Below, one piece after another: positions 1 through 11,078 of a DNA stretch of 64,000 nt. The stretch is taken from the NCBI GenBank assembly GCA_964016885.1, contig OZ024740.1, positions 58,280,001 through 58,344,000 of the forward strand, given 5' to 3'. Both the position numbers and the translations under genes were made by a program. The DNA is from Eledone cirrhosa (Eukaryota). Below the pieces are notes generated by a model. The model ran no database searches, was not told the DNA's origin, and saw only the letters and a program-made list of their open reading frames with translations. The stretch's first letter is position 1. Each line of letters opens with the position of its first letter.

Positions 1-329
1 TAGGATTTTGCTAATCTTGAGAGCCACTTCCGCTTGCCTTAACTCAAAGACTCAGATCTTCAGATGCTGTCCTCATCTGAAATCGCATCTGATCTGTAAC
101 TGGATTGACACTCCTATGATAAATCAACCGCCTTGAACTCCTTTCCTGCTCTTTACTTCTGCTACGGTTTTTTTATTTTGCTGAATCTACGTTCTGTACT
201 CTTGTATATATTTTTTTCTCCCTTATCTCCCCTTATATTTCACCTTTTCCTATGTCTTCCCCTCCCCATATATTCTTTTTGCCTTAGCCCTTCACATACC
301 CTATGTGTATGTGTATGTATGTTTATGTG

Positions 330-424
<95 letters not shown>

Positions 425-722
425 TCATCATCATCATCATCACCGTTTTACGTCCGTTCTTCCACGCTAGCATGGGTTAGACGGGTTGTCCTGTTGTGGG
501 CAGTGTCTGGTCGGCTGACCATGCCTTGCTCATACAGGAACTGATCTGGCTTGATTTCTACAGCTGGATGCCCTTCCTAACACCAACCTCATTTACAGTG
601 AGTGCTGGGTGCTTTTTCGTGGCGCCTACACGTCCACTTTACAGTGTGGGCTGGGTGCTTTTTTGCCGTGGCACCTCCACGACCACCTTGCGGTGGGGGG
701 GGGGGCATATTGTTTATATGCT

Positions 723-3700
723 TCAGCATGTACCCATGGGAGGTCGGGTACCCTGTATTACTGCGTGACGCCAGAAGTCACGGTCGTGTGTCATTGACTT
801 TGAGAGGTGTAGTTGGGTAAGGTCGGCTTTTATCACCTCATCCCAAGTCATCTTGGGTCTCCCCACTCCGCGGTTTCCATCAACTTCTAGTGCTCTGCAC
901 CTTTTTATGCAGCTGTCATCCTTCATACGCATCACATGTCCATACCAGCGTAACCGCCTCTCCTGCACGCAGCATTTGATTCCTCTTATGCTCAGTCTCT
1001 CTCTCAATTCATTTATGCTTTGTCGTTCACGTATATTACTGTTACACATCCATCGGAGCATGCAGGCTTCGTTTCTCTCTAATCTACGTAAGTCTTCCAC
1101 CTTCAGCGCCCAGGTCTCACTACCATGCAACATCGCTGTTCGGATACACGCATCATACAGTCTGCCTTTCATTCTGAGGGAGAAGCCTTTTGCAGCTAGC
1201 AGTGGTAGTAGTTCCCTAAACTTCTTCCATCCCGTTCTTACCCTAGTTATTGTACTTTCTGAGCACCCACCTCCGTTGCTAATTCGGTCACCTAGGTAGC
1301 AGAAGCTGTCTACTGTTTCTACAGGGCCCTCCCAGAGATTGGTGGTACTTGTTTCCTGTGGCTGTTTGCTTGCTGTTTCAGCACAGCTGCTGCATGTGAA
1401 TCCTACATTCTTAATTAAGCTTCCTGAGATCCCGCTACATCTCTTGTGTACCCATTGTTTGCATTTGGGGCAAAGAATGGAGTTCCTACCTACACCTTTC
1501 CTACATACTGAGCAAGGCCATTTCCCTGAGGGGATCTGGGTTCTGTTTTCTCGTCTACTTATAAGGACCTTAGTCTTTGTCATGTTGACTTTGAGGCCCT
1601 TTCTCTCTAGTCCCTGCTTCCAGGTTTGGAATTTATTCTCTAGTTCTACCATAGATTCAGCTATGAGTGCGAGGTCATCAGCATACAGGAGTTCCCATGG
1701 GCATCCGGTCTTAAACTCCTCCGTTATTGCCTGCAGGACTATGATGAACAGGAGAGGGCTAAGAACAGAGCCCTGGTGGACCCCAACCTGTACGCTAAAT
1801 TCCTCGCTATACTCATTGCCAATCCTAACTTTGCTGACTGCTCCCCTATACATGGCTTGTACCGCTTTCACAAGCCATTCATCTACTCCTAGTTTTCTAA
1901 GAGCCCACCAGATTACTGCACGTGGAACTCTGTCAAAGGCTTTCTCAAGGTCGACAAATGCCAAGTAGAGTGGCTTACTTTTAGCTAGGTACTTTTCCTG
2001 TAATTGCCTCACAAGGAAGAGCGCATCAGTGGTGCCTTTCCCTGGAACAAACCCAAATTGCATCTCGTCTATATTCACCCGGTCCCTAATCAGCTGTGCT
2101 ATAACTCTTTCTGTTACTTTCATGACCTGGTCCATCAACTTTATACCTCTATAGTTTCCTCTATCTAGTGCATCGCCTTTACCTTTGTAGCAGTTGACAA
2201 TGATGCTACTGCACCAATCTTTTGGTATGGCCCCCTCTAGTATTACCTGGTTAACGATACGTGTGGTTATAGTGTGACCTACAGACCCAGATGCCTTCAG
2301 CATCTCGGCAGCTATACCCGATGGACCGGTTGCCTTCCCTATCTTCATATCTCTGATTGCCTTACTTACTACGCTGCCGCTGACTTGTACTGCTGGTCCC
2401 TCTATAGGGTCTACGTGGGGTAGGGTCTCTTCTTCCCATGCATTCTCCTCATTTAGTAATCTATCATAATGACTCTTCCATGCATCTTTCTTCTCAGCAC
2501 TTGTGAGGGCAAGCTCACCTTTATCATTCCGGATACACTTCTCTCCAATGACATCACAACTATCTCTGACACACTGCCTCGCAATCTTGAATACCTCCTG
2601 TTTCTGGTCCTCACGTTGTAAAACATGCTTGAATTTTCTATCCTCTGCTTCCCTCCTAGCTAAGTATACTTGTCGCCTAGCTTCCCTCTTGGTCTCTATG
2701 TAATGTACCCTGCTCCCCCCGTTCTTCCATTCTTTCCATGCCTGTCTCTTGGCCTTGACTGCTTCATCTACCTTATTGTTCCACCACCAAGTCACTCTCC
2801 TCCTGCTTGAGGTCTTACTCCAGCCACAAGCCTCATCCGTCGCCTCTAGTAAGTTATTTTTTAGGAACTCCCAGTTCTCTTCTACGTTAAATGTCTCTAT
2901 CTGTTCTTCTTTACTGTCGTAGGCGTTGAGTAAAATATCTTTAAATCTGTTACTGGTTGAGGGGACTTTCAGCTTCCAGATCTTTCTCCTCCAGGTTGGC
3001 CTCTGTTTCAGGGCTCGCCTAGTTCTGACCGTGAGGTCGCTGACAACTAAGCTATGTTGGGATGTACATTCCTCACTAGGGAAGGCTTTTGTGTTTACGA
3101 CCGTCCATCTGTCACGTCCTCTGATGAGGATAAAATCTAACTGACTAGAGTGCTCCCCTGATCTATAGGTGATCAGGTGGTTGTCGGGTTTTTTAAAGTT
3201 TGTGTTACATATCGACATGTCATTGGCGTCGCAGAATTCTAGAAGTCTGAATCCTTCCTCATTCCTTGTGCCAACTCCATGGCCTCCATGTACTCTATTG
3301 AAGCCGTCGCAGTGTTTACCTACGTGTCCGTTAAAATCTCCTGCAATGATTAGGAAGTCCTTGTCGTCTGTTAGAGCAGTAGTGTGTATTAGGGACTCGT
3401 AAAACCTATCCTTAAGTTCGTCTGGCAGCCCCGATTGGGGTGCGTAAGCTGATATTATTGTGGTAATTGTCTTATTCAGGACTAGTCTGAGTTTAATGAT
3501 TCTTGCATTTACCCTGTACACTGAGATTACTTTATCTACCCACTTGTCAGCTAATAGTATACCTACACCACCCATCCCATCGTCATTTCCCACCCAGAAA
3601 AATTTGTAGCACTGGCTTTTTCCTACAAGGACTCTAGCAGACCCTCCTCTCCATCTAGTCTCTTGCACACAGCATACATCAACTTCCTTTCGCTCTAGCA

Positions 3701-3842
3701 TTTCTACGATTTCTCCTGCTCTTCCTTTCATTGAGCCTACATTGATGGTACCAACTCGGAGTTTTGGGCATTTGTCGACACTCGTAGGGGAGGGTCTCTG
3801 GGTTGGCGCTTCACGTGGGTGCTTGGTAGCTCGCAGATTCAT
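723..3842 (-). CDS. RTE LINE polyprotein: APE endonuclease + reverse transcriptase with inserted PHD-type zinc finger (1039 aa, uninterrupted)
   Basis: APE motifs GTINV, VQETRW, YAPQ, GDFNGHVG, LDFI and SQHSLV. RT motifs NYRGIKL, QFGF, FVDLEKAFDRV, GVHQGSVLSPLLF, YADD and FCYLG. RTE-type C-terminus RLRWYGHVMRM...GRPKMTW. Confidence 0.96.
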   Translation of the reverse strand: MNLRATKHPREAPTQRPSPTSVDKCPKLRVGTINVGSMKGRAGEIVEMLERKEVDVCCVQETRWRGGSARVLVGKSQCYKFFWVGNDDGMGGVGILLADKWVDKVISVYRVNARIIKLRLVLNKTITTIISAYAPQSGLPDELKDRFYESLIHTTALTDDKDFLIIAGDFNGHVGKHCDGFNRVHGGHGVGTRNEEGFRLLEFCDANDMSICNTNFKKPDNHLITYRSGEHSSQLDFILIRGRDRWTVVNTKAFPSEECTSQHSLVVSDLTVRTRRALKQRPTWRRKIWKLKVPSTSNRFKDILLNAYDSKEEQIETFNVEENWEFLKNNLLEATDEACGWSKTSSRRRVTWWWNNKVDEAVKAKRQAWKEWKNGGSRVHYIETKREARRQVYLARREAEDRKFKHVLQREDQKQEVFKIARQCVRDSCDVIGEKCIRNDKGELALTSAEKKDAWKSHYDRLLNEENAWEEETLPHVDPIEGPAVQVSGSVVSKAIRDMKIGKATGPSGIAAEMLKASGSVGHTITTRIVNQVILEGAIPKDWCSSIIVNCYKGKGDALDRGNYRGIKLMDQVMKVTERVIAQLIRDRVNIDEMQFGFVPGKGTTDALFLVRQLQEKYLAKSKPLYLAFVDLEKAFDRVPRAVIWWALRKLGVDEWLVKAVQAMYRGAVSKVRIGNEYSEEFSVQVGVHQGSVLSPLLFIIVLQAITEEFKTGCPWELLYADDLALIAESMVELENKFQTWKQGLERKGLKVNMTKTKVLISRRENRTQIPSGKWPCSVCRKGVGRNSILCPKCKQWVHKRCSGISGSLIKNVGFTCSSCAETASKQPQETSTTNLWEGPVETVDSFCYLGDRISNGGGCSESTITRVRTGWKKFRELLPLLAAKGFSLRMKGRLYDACIRTAMLHGSETWALKVEDLRRLERNEACMLRWMCNSNIRERQSINELRERLSIRGIKCCVQERRLRWYGHVMRMKDDSCIKRCRALEVDGNRGVGRPKMTWDEVIKADLTQLHLSKSMTHDRDFWRHAVIQGTRPPMGTC

Positions 3843-4160
3843 ATTTCATCTATTGATTCAGAGTTGCTCGTGTATTCCCAGCTCATCCATCCATAACGGT
3901 GGGAAAATTGAGGGCTAGAAGGACAGTGGTGGTGGGGTAATGGCAGGGTGTGTTGGGATGCGCCAGAGGAGGAGAGAGTTAGTTAGGCAGGTAGTAGCAG
4001 CAGCAGCAGTGGAAATGGCATGCTAGGTTTGATTGGTCGAATAGACTATGGTGGTGTGTGGGGGTGGGGGGGAGGGAAATTGTGAGGTAGGAACTGAGGG
4101 TCGCATGGTAAATATCCAAGTTAATACTACATCAGTAAAATTAACAATAATAACGTCATG

Positions 4161-4453
4161 AAAAAAGCTACTAAGAGAAACCCTCGAAAATTTATCGCTA
4201 ATACAGCAGGGAAAATTTAACGCTAATACAGCAGGGAACATCATAATATTAACGACATGAAAAAGCTACTAAGAGAAACCCTCGAAAATTTATCGCTAAT
4301 ACAGCAGGGAAAATTTAACGCTAATACAGCAGGGAACATCATAATATTAACGACATGAAAAAGCTACTAAGAGAAACCCTCGAAAATTTATCGCTAATAC
4401 AGCAGGGAAAATTTAACGCTAATACAGCAGGGAACATCATAATATTAACGACA
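4161..4453. repeat. Three tandem 98-bp units upstream of the LINE ORF, with a fourth partial unit at ~4765-4833
   Basis: GCTACTAAGAGAAACCCTCG recurs at 4167, 4265 and 4363 (period 98). Each unit contains CGCTAATACAGCAGGGAA twice. Confidence 0.93.
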
Positions 4454-4830
4454 ATATGTAGGCTAAAATACCTTCGTAGATTAGGTGGATGGCTGGCTGG
4501 GAAAATTTGGATCAGCTCTACTGGTACATTTTAGCAGAGAAGAATGGCAAAGTGTCTTATCTCTTCAATATTTTCAGATTGAATGAATTAGGTTAAAGAC
4601 AGGGTAGTAAGCCTTAAAGAAGTGCATAGAGGGGGGGGGGGGGTAGGAACTGAGGGTCGCATGGTAAATAACTGAGAGAGATACAATAGGATTAGAATAC
4701 CGCATGGTAAATATCCAAGTTAATAAGTTAATACTACATCAGTAAAATTAACAATAATAACGTCATGAAAAAAAGCTACTAAGAGAAACCCTCGAAAATT
4801 TATCGCTAATACAGCAGGGAAAATTTAACG

Positions 4831-4864
<34 letters not shown>

Positions 4865-5066
4865 GATAGACCAGGTTTTTTTCATTCTGAGGATTGAAGG
4901 CAAAATTCTTTTGCTTTTAAGAAACCACTGGTGAATGGAATAATTGCCTTATGCTGCTTATTACTTTACTACTATATATATGTATATGTAAGGTTCATAT
5001 GAATTATCTAAGACTGAGTTTTACACATACACACACATGTATATGTGTATATATGTATATATATAT

Positions 5067-5675
5067 ATGAGACAGGTTGTACTGGGATACATGTTACCAT
5101 CAGCACCAACTGGTGACCTACATGGTCGGGTCGTTGGCGACTAAACTGGCAACCCCACCAAGGTTTCTTGGTGAGGAGGGTGACTTTAGACATCCTGCAG
5201 GACTAAAAACAAAACCTGTCAAAGGGCAAAGGAGCTCTTAAGAGTCAATGGCCATCCAAAATCACCGGGAGAGATGACCCCTTAGCCTTTGTCAAGGCAG
5301 AATTCTAGGAGAAGGAAAACTCTGATATAACACCTGCAACCCTGATGGTATCCAATGATGTTGACTTGTTCTTCTTTTTGGTAAATAGCATCTTGGTTAA
5401 GAGAGTGGGACTGGCTTTGTGCAGTGCCTTTGCTCACTATGAAAGCTTCACGGCACAGGCATTGCTTTATATCTGGAGATCTCTCTGCACTTGTCGTCAG
5501 ATGGTACCATGGGCCCAGCACTATGTGTCAATAATTGTCACAAGTGTAGTGTTTGTATCAGAGTTTTCAAGTCGCCGGCTGGACTAAAATGTCACACTCG
5601 TTCAGCGCATCGGTAGGGGTTCTCCTACATGGATATAAAGTAGTGGCCGTACTCGAAAACGAGTTGGCAGCCACC

Positions 5676-5677
<2 letters not shown>
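5067..5677 (+). mobile_element. Non-autonomous bipartite RTE-derived retroelement, copy 1, with 5' inversion
   Basis: RTE 5'-UTR-like motif CTAGGAGAAGGAAAACTCTGA. The 3' part encodes a C2H2 remnant CSVCIRVFKSPAGLKCHTRSAHR* followed by a short UTR. Five copies are present in the window. 5067-5120 is inverted relative to copy 5. Confidence 0.8.
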
Positions 5678-5709
<32 letters not shown>

Positions 5710-5852
5710 TTGTATTTGGTTGTGCGTGTTTATGATATGTACGTATTTGTATGTGTATAATTGTATAGCTATGTATGTGTGTGTGTATGTATACATATAT
5801 ATGTGTGTGTGTCTGTATTTTTATATTTATATATATATATATATCATCATCA

Positions 5853-7072
5853 TTAAAATTAACCTGGCTAAGACTAAAGTTCTAGTTTGTAGGAAAGAAA
5901 ATATGGCGGCAGTCCCATCTGGGAAATGGCCATGCTCAGTGTGTAGGAAAGGCGTAGGTAGAAACTCCATTTTATGTCCCAAATGCAAAGTATGGGTGCA
6001 TAAAAGATGTAGTGGGATCACAGGTAAGCTAACTAAGAACATAGATTTTACATGTGGCCGGTGCTCTGGTGCAATAAGTAGCAGCAAGTGCCCACAAAAT
6101 ACTAGCTCCTTCAACTGCGCAGAGGGTTCTATAGAAATAGTGGACAGCTTCCGTTACCTGCGTGACAAAATCAGCAGTGGGGGAGGGTGCTCTGAAAGTA
6201 CAGTAGCTAGAGTCAGAACTGGATGGAAAAAGTTCAGAGAGCTTATACCACTATTAGCCGCTAGAGGGTTCTCCCTAAAAATGAAAGGCAGGTTATACGA
6301 TGCCTGCATACGAACAACAATGCTGCATGGCAGCGAGACCTGGGCATTGTGTGCAGAGGATATACGCAGACTAGAGAGGAACGAAGCTTGCATGCTCCGC
6401 TGGATGTGCAATAGTAATATACGTGAACGGCAAAGCATAAACGAACTAAGGAAAAAATTAGAAATAAGAGGGATCAGATGTTGTTTACTCGAGAGAAGGC
6501 TACGTTGGTACGGTCACGTGATGCGCATGAAAGACAACAGCTGTATAACAAAGTGCAGGGCAATAAAGATAGACGGTAGCCACGGAGTAGGCAGACCCAG
6601 AAAAACATGGGACGAGCTGATAAATTCCGACCTCACACGCTTACACCTCTCCAAGACAATGTCACTGGACCGAGACCTTTGGCGGTACTCAGTAATAGAG
6701 AAGACCCGCCTTACCTAAATACAAAGTAAAAACCTACTACAGTCAGTAGGCATCTCTATCAACCCTTTCAATGTACAGTTATGTTGGTCCCACAACATCC
6801 ATGCCGAAACAAATGAGATCGTGTAGGTGTCACGACAAAAAACACACAGTCCACGCTGTAAATGTGGCCGTGTAGGCAACACGGTAAAAACCTCCCAGCC
6901 CCACACTGTAAATGTGGTTGGTGTTAGGAAGGGCATCCAACTGTAGAAAACCCGCCAGACAGTCCTATGCGAGCAAGACAACCACTCTTGCCTCAAGTGG
7001 GAAAACCCCTGTCCAAACCCATGCAAGCGTGGAACACGGACGCTAAACCTGATGATGATGATGATGATGATG
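5853..7072 (+). mobile_element. 5'-truncated RTE LINE, subfamily B
   Basis: The frame to 6718 encodes the RT C-terminal part with the PHD finger (KINLAKTKV...WPCSVC...RLRWYGHVMRM). It has a 3' UTR and a (GAT)n tail at 7050-7072. Confidence 0.92.
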
Positions 7073-7073
7073 T

Positions 7074-9443
7074 TCATCATCGTTTAACGTCCGTGTTTGA
7101 CGCTTGCATGGGTTTGGACGGGGGTTTTCCCACTTGAGGCAAGAGTGGTTATCTTGCTCGCATAGGACTATCTGGCGGGTTTTCTACAGCTGGATGGCCT
7201 TCCTAACACCAACCACATTTACAGTGTGGGGCTGGCAGGTTTTTACCGTGTTGCCTACACGGCCACATTACAGCGTGAACTGTGTGTTTTTTTGTCGTGA
7301 CACCTACACGATCTCATTTGTTTCGGCCTGGATGTTGTGGCACCAACATAACTTTACATTGAAAGGGGCAGTGTGGATGGGGTGGGGGTGGTGGGACGGG
7401 GGTGTATTTCGTTAGAGATGCCTACTGACTGTAGTAGGTTTTACTTTGTATTTAGGTAAGGCGGGTCTTCTCTATTACTGAGTACCGCCAAAGGTCTCGG
7501 TCCAGTGACATTGTCTTGGTGAGGTGTAAGTGTGTGAGGTCGGAATTTATCAGCTCGTCCCAGGTTTTTCTGGGTCTGCCTATTCCGTGGCTACCGTCTA
7601 TCTTTATTGCCCTGCACTTTGTTATCCAGCTATCGTCCTTCATGCGCATCACGTGACCATACCAACGTAGCCTTCTCTCGAGTAAACAACATCTGATCCC
7701 TCTTATTTCTAATTTTTTCCTTAGTTTGTTTATGCTTTGCCGTTCACGTATATTACTATTACACATCCAGCGGAGCATGCAAGCTTCGTTTCTCTCTAGT
7801 CTGCGTATATCCTCTGCACACAATGCCCAGGTCTCACTGCCATGCAACATTGCTGTTCGTATGCAGGCATCGTACAACCTGCCTTTCATTTTTAGGGAGA
7901 ACCCTTTAGCGGCTAATAGCGGTATAAGCTCTCTGAACTTTTTCCATCCAGTTCTGACTCTAGCTACTGTACTTTCAGAGCACCCTCCCCCACTGCTGAT
8001 TTTGTCACCCAGGTAACGGAAGGTGTCTACTATTTCTATAGAACCATCTGGGCAATGAAAAGGAGCTAGTATCCTGTGGGCACTTGCTACTTATTGCACC
8101 TGAGCACCACTCATATAAAATATATGTTCTTAGTTAGCTTACCTGTGATCCCACTACATCTTTTATGCACCCATACTTTGCATTTCAGACTCAAAATGGA
8201 GTTTCTACCTACGCCTTTCCTACACACTGAGCATGGCCACTTCCCGGAGGGGACCGCAGCCTTATTTTCTTTCTTACAAACTAGAACTTTAGTCTTAGCC
8301 AGGTTAATTTTAAGTCCTTTTGATTCTAGGCCGTGCTTCCATGTTTGGAATTTCTTCTCTAGCTCGGCCATTGATTCAGCTATGAGCGTTAGATCATCTG
8401 CGTATAGGAGTTCCCATGGGCAGCCGGTCTTGAACTCCACTGTTATAGCCTGAAAGGCAATAATAAATAGTAGGGGGCTAAGAACAGAGCCCTGATGAAC
8501 ACCAACTTTTACGCTAATCTCTTCACTATATTCGTTGTTAATTCTAACCTCGCTGACTGTTTCTTTATACATGGCTTGTATAGCTCTCACAAGCCATTCA
8601 TCAACACCTAGTTTTCTAAGAGCCCACCAGATAATGGAACGGGGGACTCTGTCGAAGGCTTTCTCCAAGTCAACGAAAGCTAAGTATAGGGGTTTACTTT
8701 TAGCTAGGTACTTCTCCTGTAGTTGTCGTACAATGAAAAGAGCGTCTGTGGTACTTTTGCCTGACACAAACCCGAACTGCATTTCATCTAGATCAATTCT
8801 CTCTCTGATTAGTTGCGCTATTACTTTTTCCGTGACCTTCATGACCTGGTCGATTAATTGAGTGCCTCTATAGTTACTCCTATCTAGGGCATCTCCTTTA
8901 CCCTTATAACAGTTAACGATGATGCTGTCTTTCTCCCATTTATTCCCCTCATGTAGTAGCCTTTCATAGTGACACTTCCAAGCTACCTTCTTATCAGCAT
9001 CGGTGATGGCAAGTACGCCGTCATCATTAAGTACACACTTCTACCCGACAATATCACGGTTTTCCTTGACACATTGCCTAGCAATCCTGAACACCTCACG
9101 TTTTTGGTCCTCGCGTTGTAGAACATGCTTGAACTTTCTTTCCTCTGCTTCCCTTCTTGCGAAGTACACTTGTCTGCTAGCCTCCCTCCTGGCCACTTGA
9201 TAGTCTTCTCTGCTTCCCCCATCCCGCCATACTTTCCAAGCCTGCTTTTTGGCCTTAATTGACCTCTCCACCTTACTGTTCCACCACCATGTTACTCTCC
9301 TCCTGCCTACAGGCCTGCTCCAGCCACAGACTTCGTCTGCCGCCATCAGCAAGTTTGCTTTCAGGAATTCCCTCTGTTCCTCTACCTTGTACGACTCTAA
9401 TTGCTCTTCCTTACTGTCGAAAGCATCAAGTAGTATACTTTTG
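7074..9443 (-). mobile_element. 5'-truncated, frameshifted, internally deleted RTE LINE, subfamily B
   Basis: ORF pieces 7452-7889, 8111-8842 (YADD) and 9041-9443 are homologous to the 1039-aa ORF. There is a deletion near 8925. The 3' UTR matches the + copy at 6719-7050. Confidence 0.92.
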
Positions 9444-9455
9444 ATATATATATAT

Positions 9456-11078
9456 ATCATCATCATCATCATCATCACCGTTTTACGTCCGTTCTTCCAC
9501 GCTAGCATGGGTTAGACGGGTTGTCCTGTTGTGGGCAGTGTCTGGTCGGCTGACCATGCCTTGCTCATACAGGAACTGATCTGGCTTGATTTCTACAGCT
9601 GGATGCCCTTCCTAACACCAACCTCATTTACAGTGAGTGCTGGGTGCTTTTTCGTGGCGCCTACACGTCCACTTTACAGTGTGGGCTGGGTGCTTTTTTG
9701 CCGTGGCACCTCCACGACCACCTTGCGGTGGGGGGGGGGGGGCATATTGTTTATATGCTTCAGCATGTACCCATGGGAGGTCGGGTACCCTGTATTACTG
9801 CGTGACGCCAGAAGTCACGGTCGTGTGTCATTGACTTTGAGAGGTGTAGTTGGGTAAGGTCGGCTTTTATCACCTCATCCCAAGTCATCTTGGGTCTCCC
9901 CACTCCGCGGTTTCCATCAACTTCTAGTGCTCTGCACCTTTTTATGCAGCTGTCATCCTTCATACGCATCACATGTCCATACCAGCGTAACCGCCTCTCC
10001 TGCACGCAGCATTTGATTCCTCTTATGCTCAGTCTCTCTCTCAATTCATTTATGCTTTGTCGTTCACGTATATTACTGTTACACATCCATCGGAGCATGC
10101 AGGCTTCGTTTCTCTCTAATCTACGTAAGTCTTCCACCTTCAGCGCCCAGGTCTCACTACCATGCAACATCGCTGTTCGGATACACGCATCATACAGTCT
10201 GCCTTTCATTCTGAGGGAGAAGCCTTTTGCAGCTAGCAGTGGTAGTAGTTCCCTAAACTTCTTCCATCCCGTTCTTACCCTAGTTATTGTACTTTCTGAG
10301 CACCCACCTCCGTTGCTAATTCGGTCACCTAGGTAGCAGAAGCTGTCTACTGTTTCTACAGGGCCCTCCCAGAGATTGGTGGTACTTGTTTCCTGTGGCT
10401 GTTTGCTTGCTGTTTCAGCACAGCTGCTGCATGTGAATCCTACATTCTTAATTAAGCTTCCTGAGATCCCGCTACATCTCTTGTGTACCCATTGTTTGCA
10501 TTTGGGGCAGAGAATGGAGTTCCTACCTACACCTTTCCTACATACTGAGCAAGGCCATTTCCCTGAGGGGATCTGGGTTCTGTTTTCTCGTCTACTTATA
10601 AGGACCTTAGTCTTTGTCATGTTGACTTTGAGGCCCTTTCTCTCTAGTCCCTGCTTCCAGGTTTGGAATTTATTCTCTAGTTCTACCATAGATTCAGCTA
10701 TGAGTGCGAGGTCATCAGCATACAGGAGTTCCCATGGGCATCCGGTCTTAAACTCCTCCGTTATTGCCTGCAGGACTATGATGAACAGGAGAGGGCTAAG
10801 AACAGAGCCCTGGTGGACCCCAACCTGTACGCTAAATTCCTCGCTATACTCATTGCCAATCCTAACTTTGCTGACTGCTCCCCTATACATGGCTTGTACC
10901 GCTTTCACAAGCCATTCATCTACTCCTAGTTTTCTAAGAGCCCACCAGATTACTGCACGTGGAACTCTGTCAAAGGCTTTCTCAAGGTCGACAAATGCCA
11001 AGTAGAGTGGCTTACTTTTAGCTAGGTATTTTTCCTGTAATTGCCTCACAAGGAAGAGGGCATCAGTGGTGCCTTTCC
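9456..11078 (-). mobile_element. 5'-truncated RTE LINE, subfamily A (near-identical to 421-2041)
   Basis: ORF 9760-11078 gives the same protein as the C-terminal part of 723-3842. It has the same 3' UTR and (GAT)n tail. Confidence 0.96.

Larger units (their letters stand above)
421..4833 (-). mobile_element. Full-length RTE-clade LINE, subfamily A
   Basis: (GAT)n 3' tail at 421-441, ~280-bp 3' UTR, single APE-RT ORF, and ~1 kb upstream region with tandem repeats. Both ends lie in (TA)n, so no TSD is resolvable. The 5' limit is inferred from the start of the (TA)n run at ~4834. Confidence 0.9.

Noticed and set aside
1-170. Faint resemblance to a Penelope GIY-YIG C-terminus
   Set aside because: Too short, interrupted by stops, and cut by the window edge.
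853-3402. Plus-strand ORFs of 66-209 aa, repeated at 9890-11005
   Set aside because: They are antisense shadows of the RTE ORF with no independent motifs.
4161-4453. CRISPR-like regular repeats
   Set aside because: The units are contiguous with no unique spacers, there are no cas genes, and the context is eukaryotic.
5282-5587. 79-80-aa ORFs recurring in the bipartite element copies
   Set aside because: They recur because the copies are similar. They have no recognisable domain and are disrupted in copy 3.
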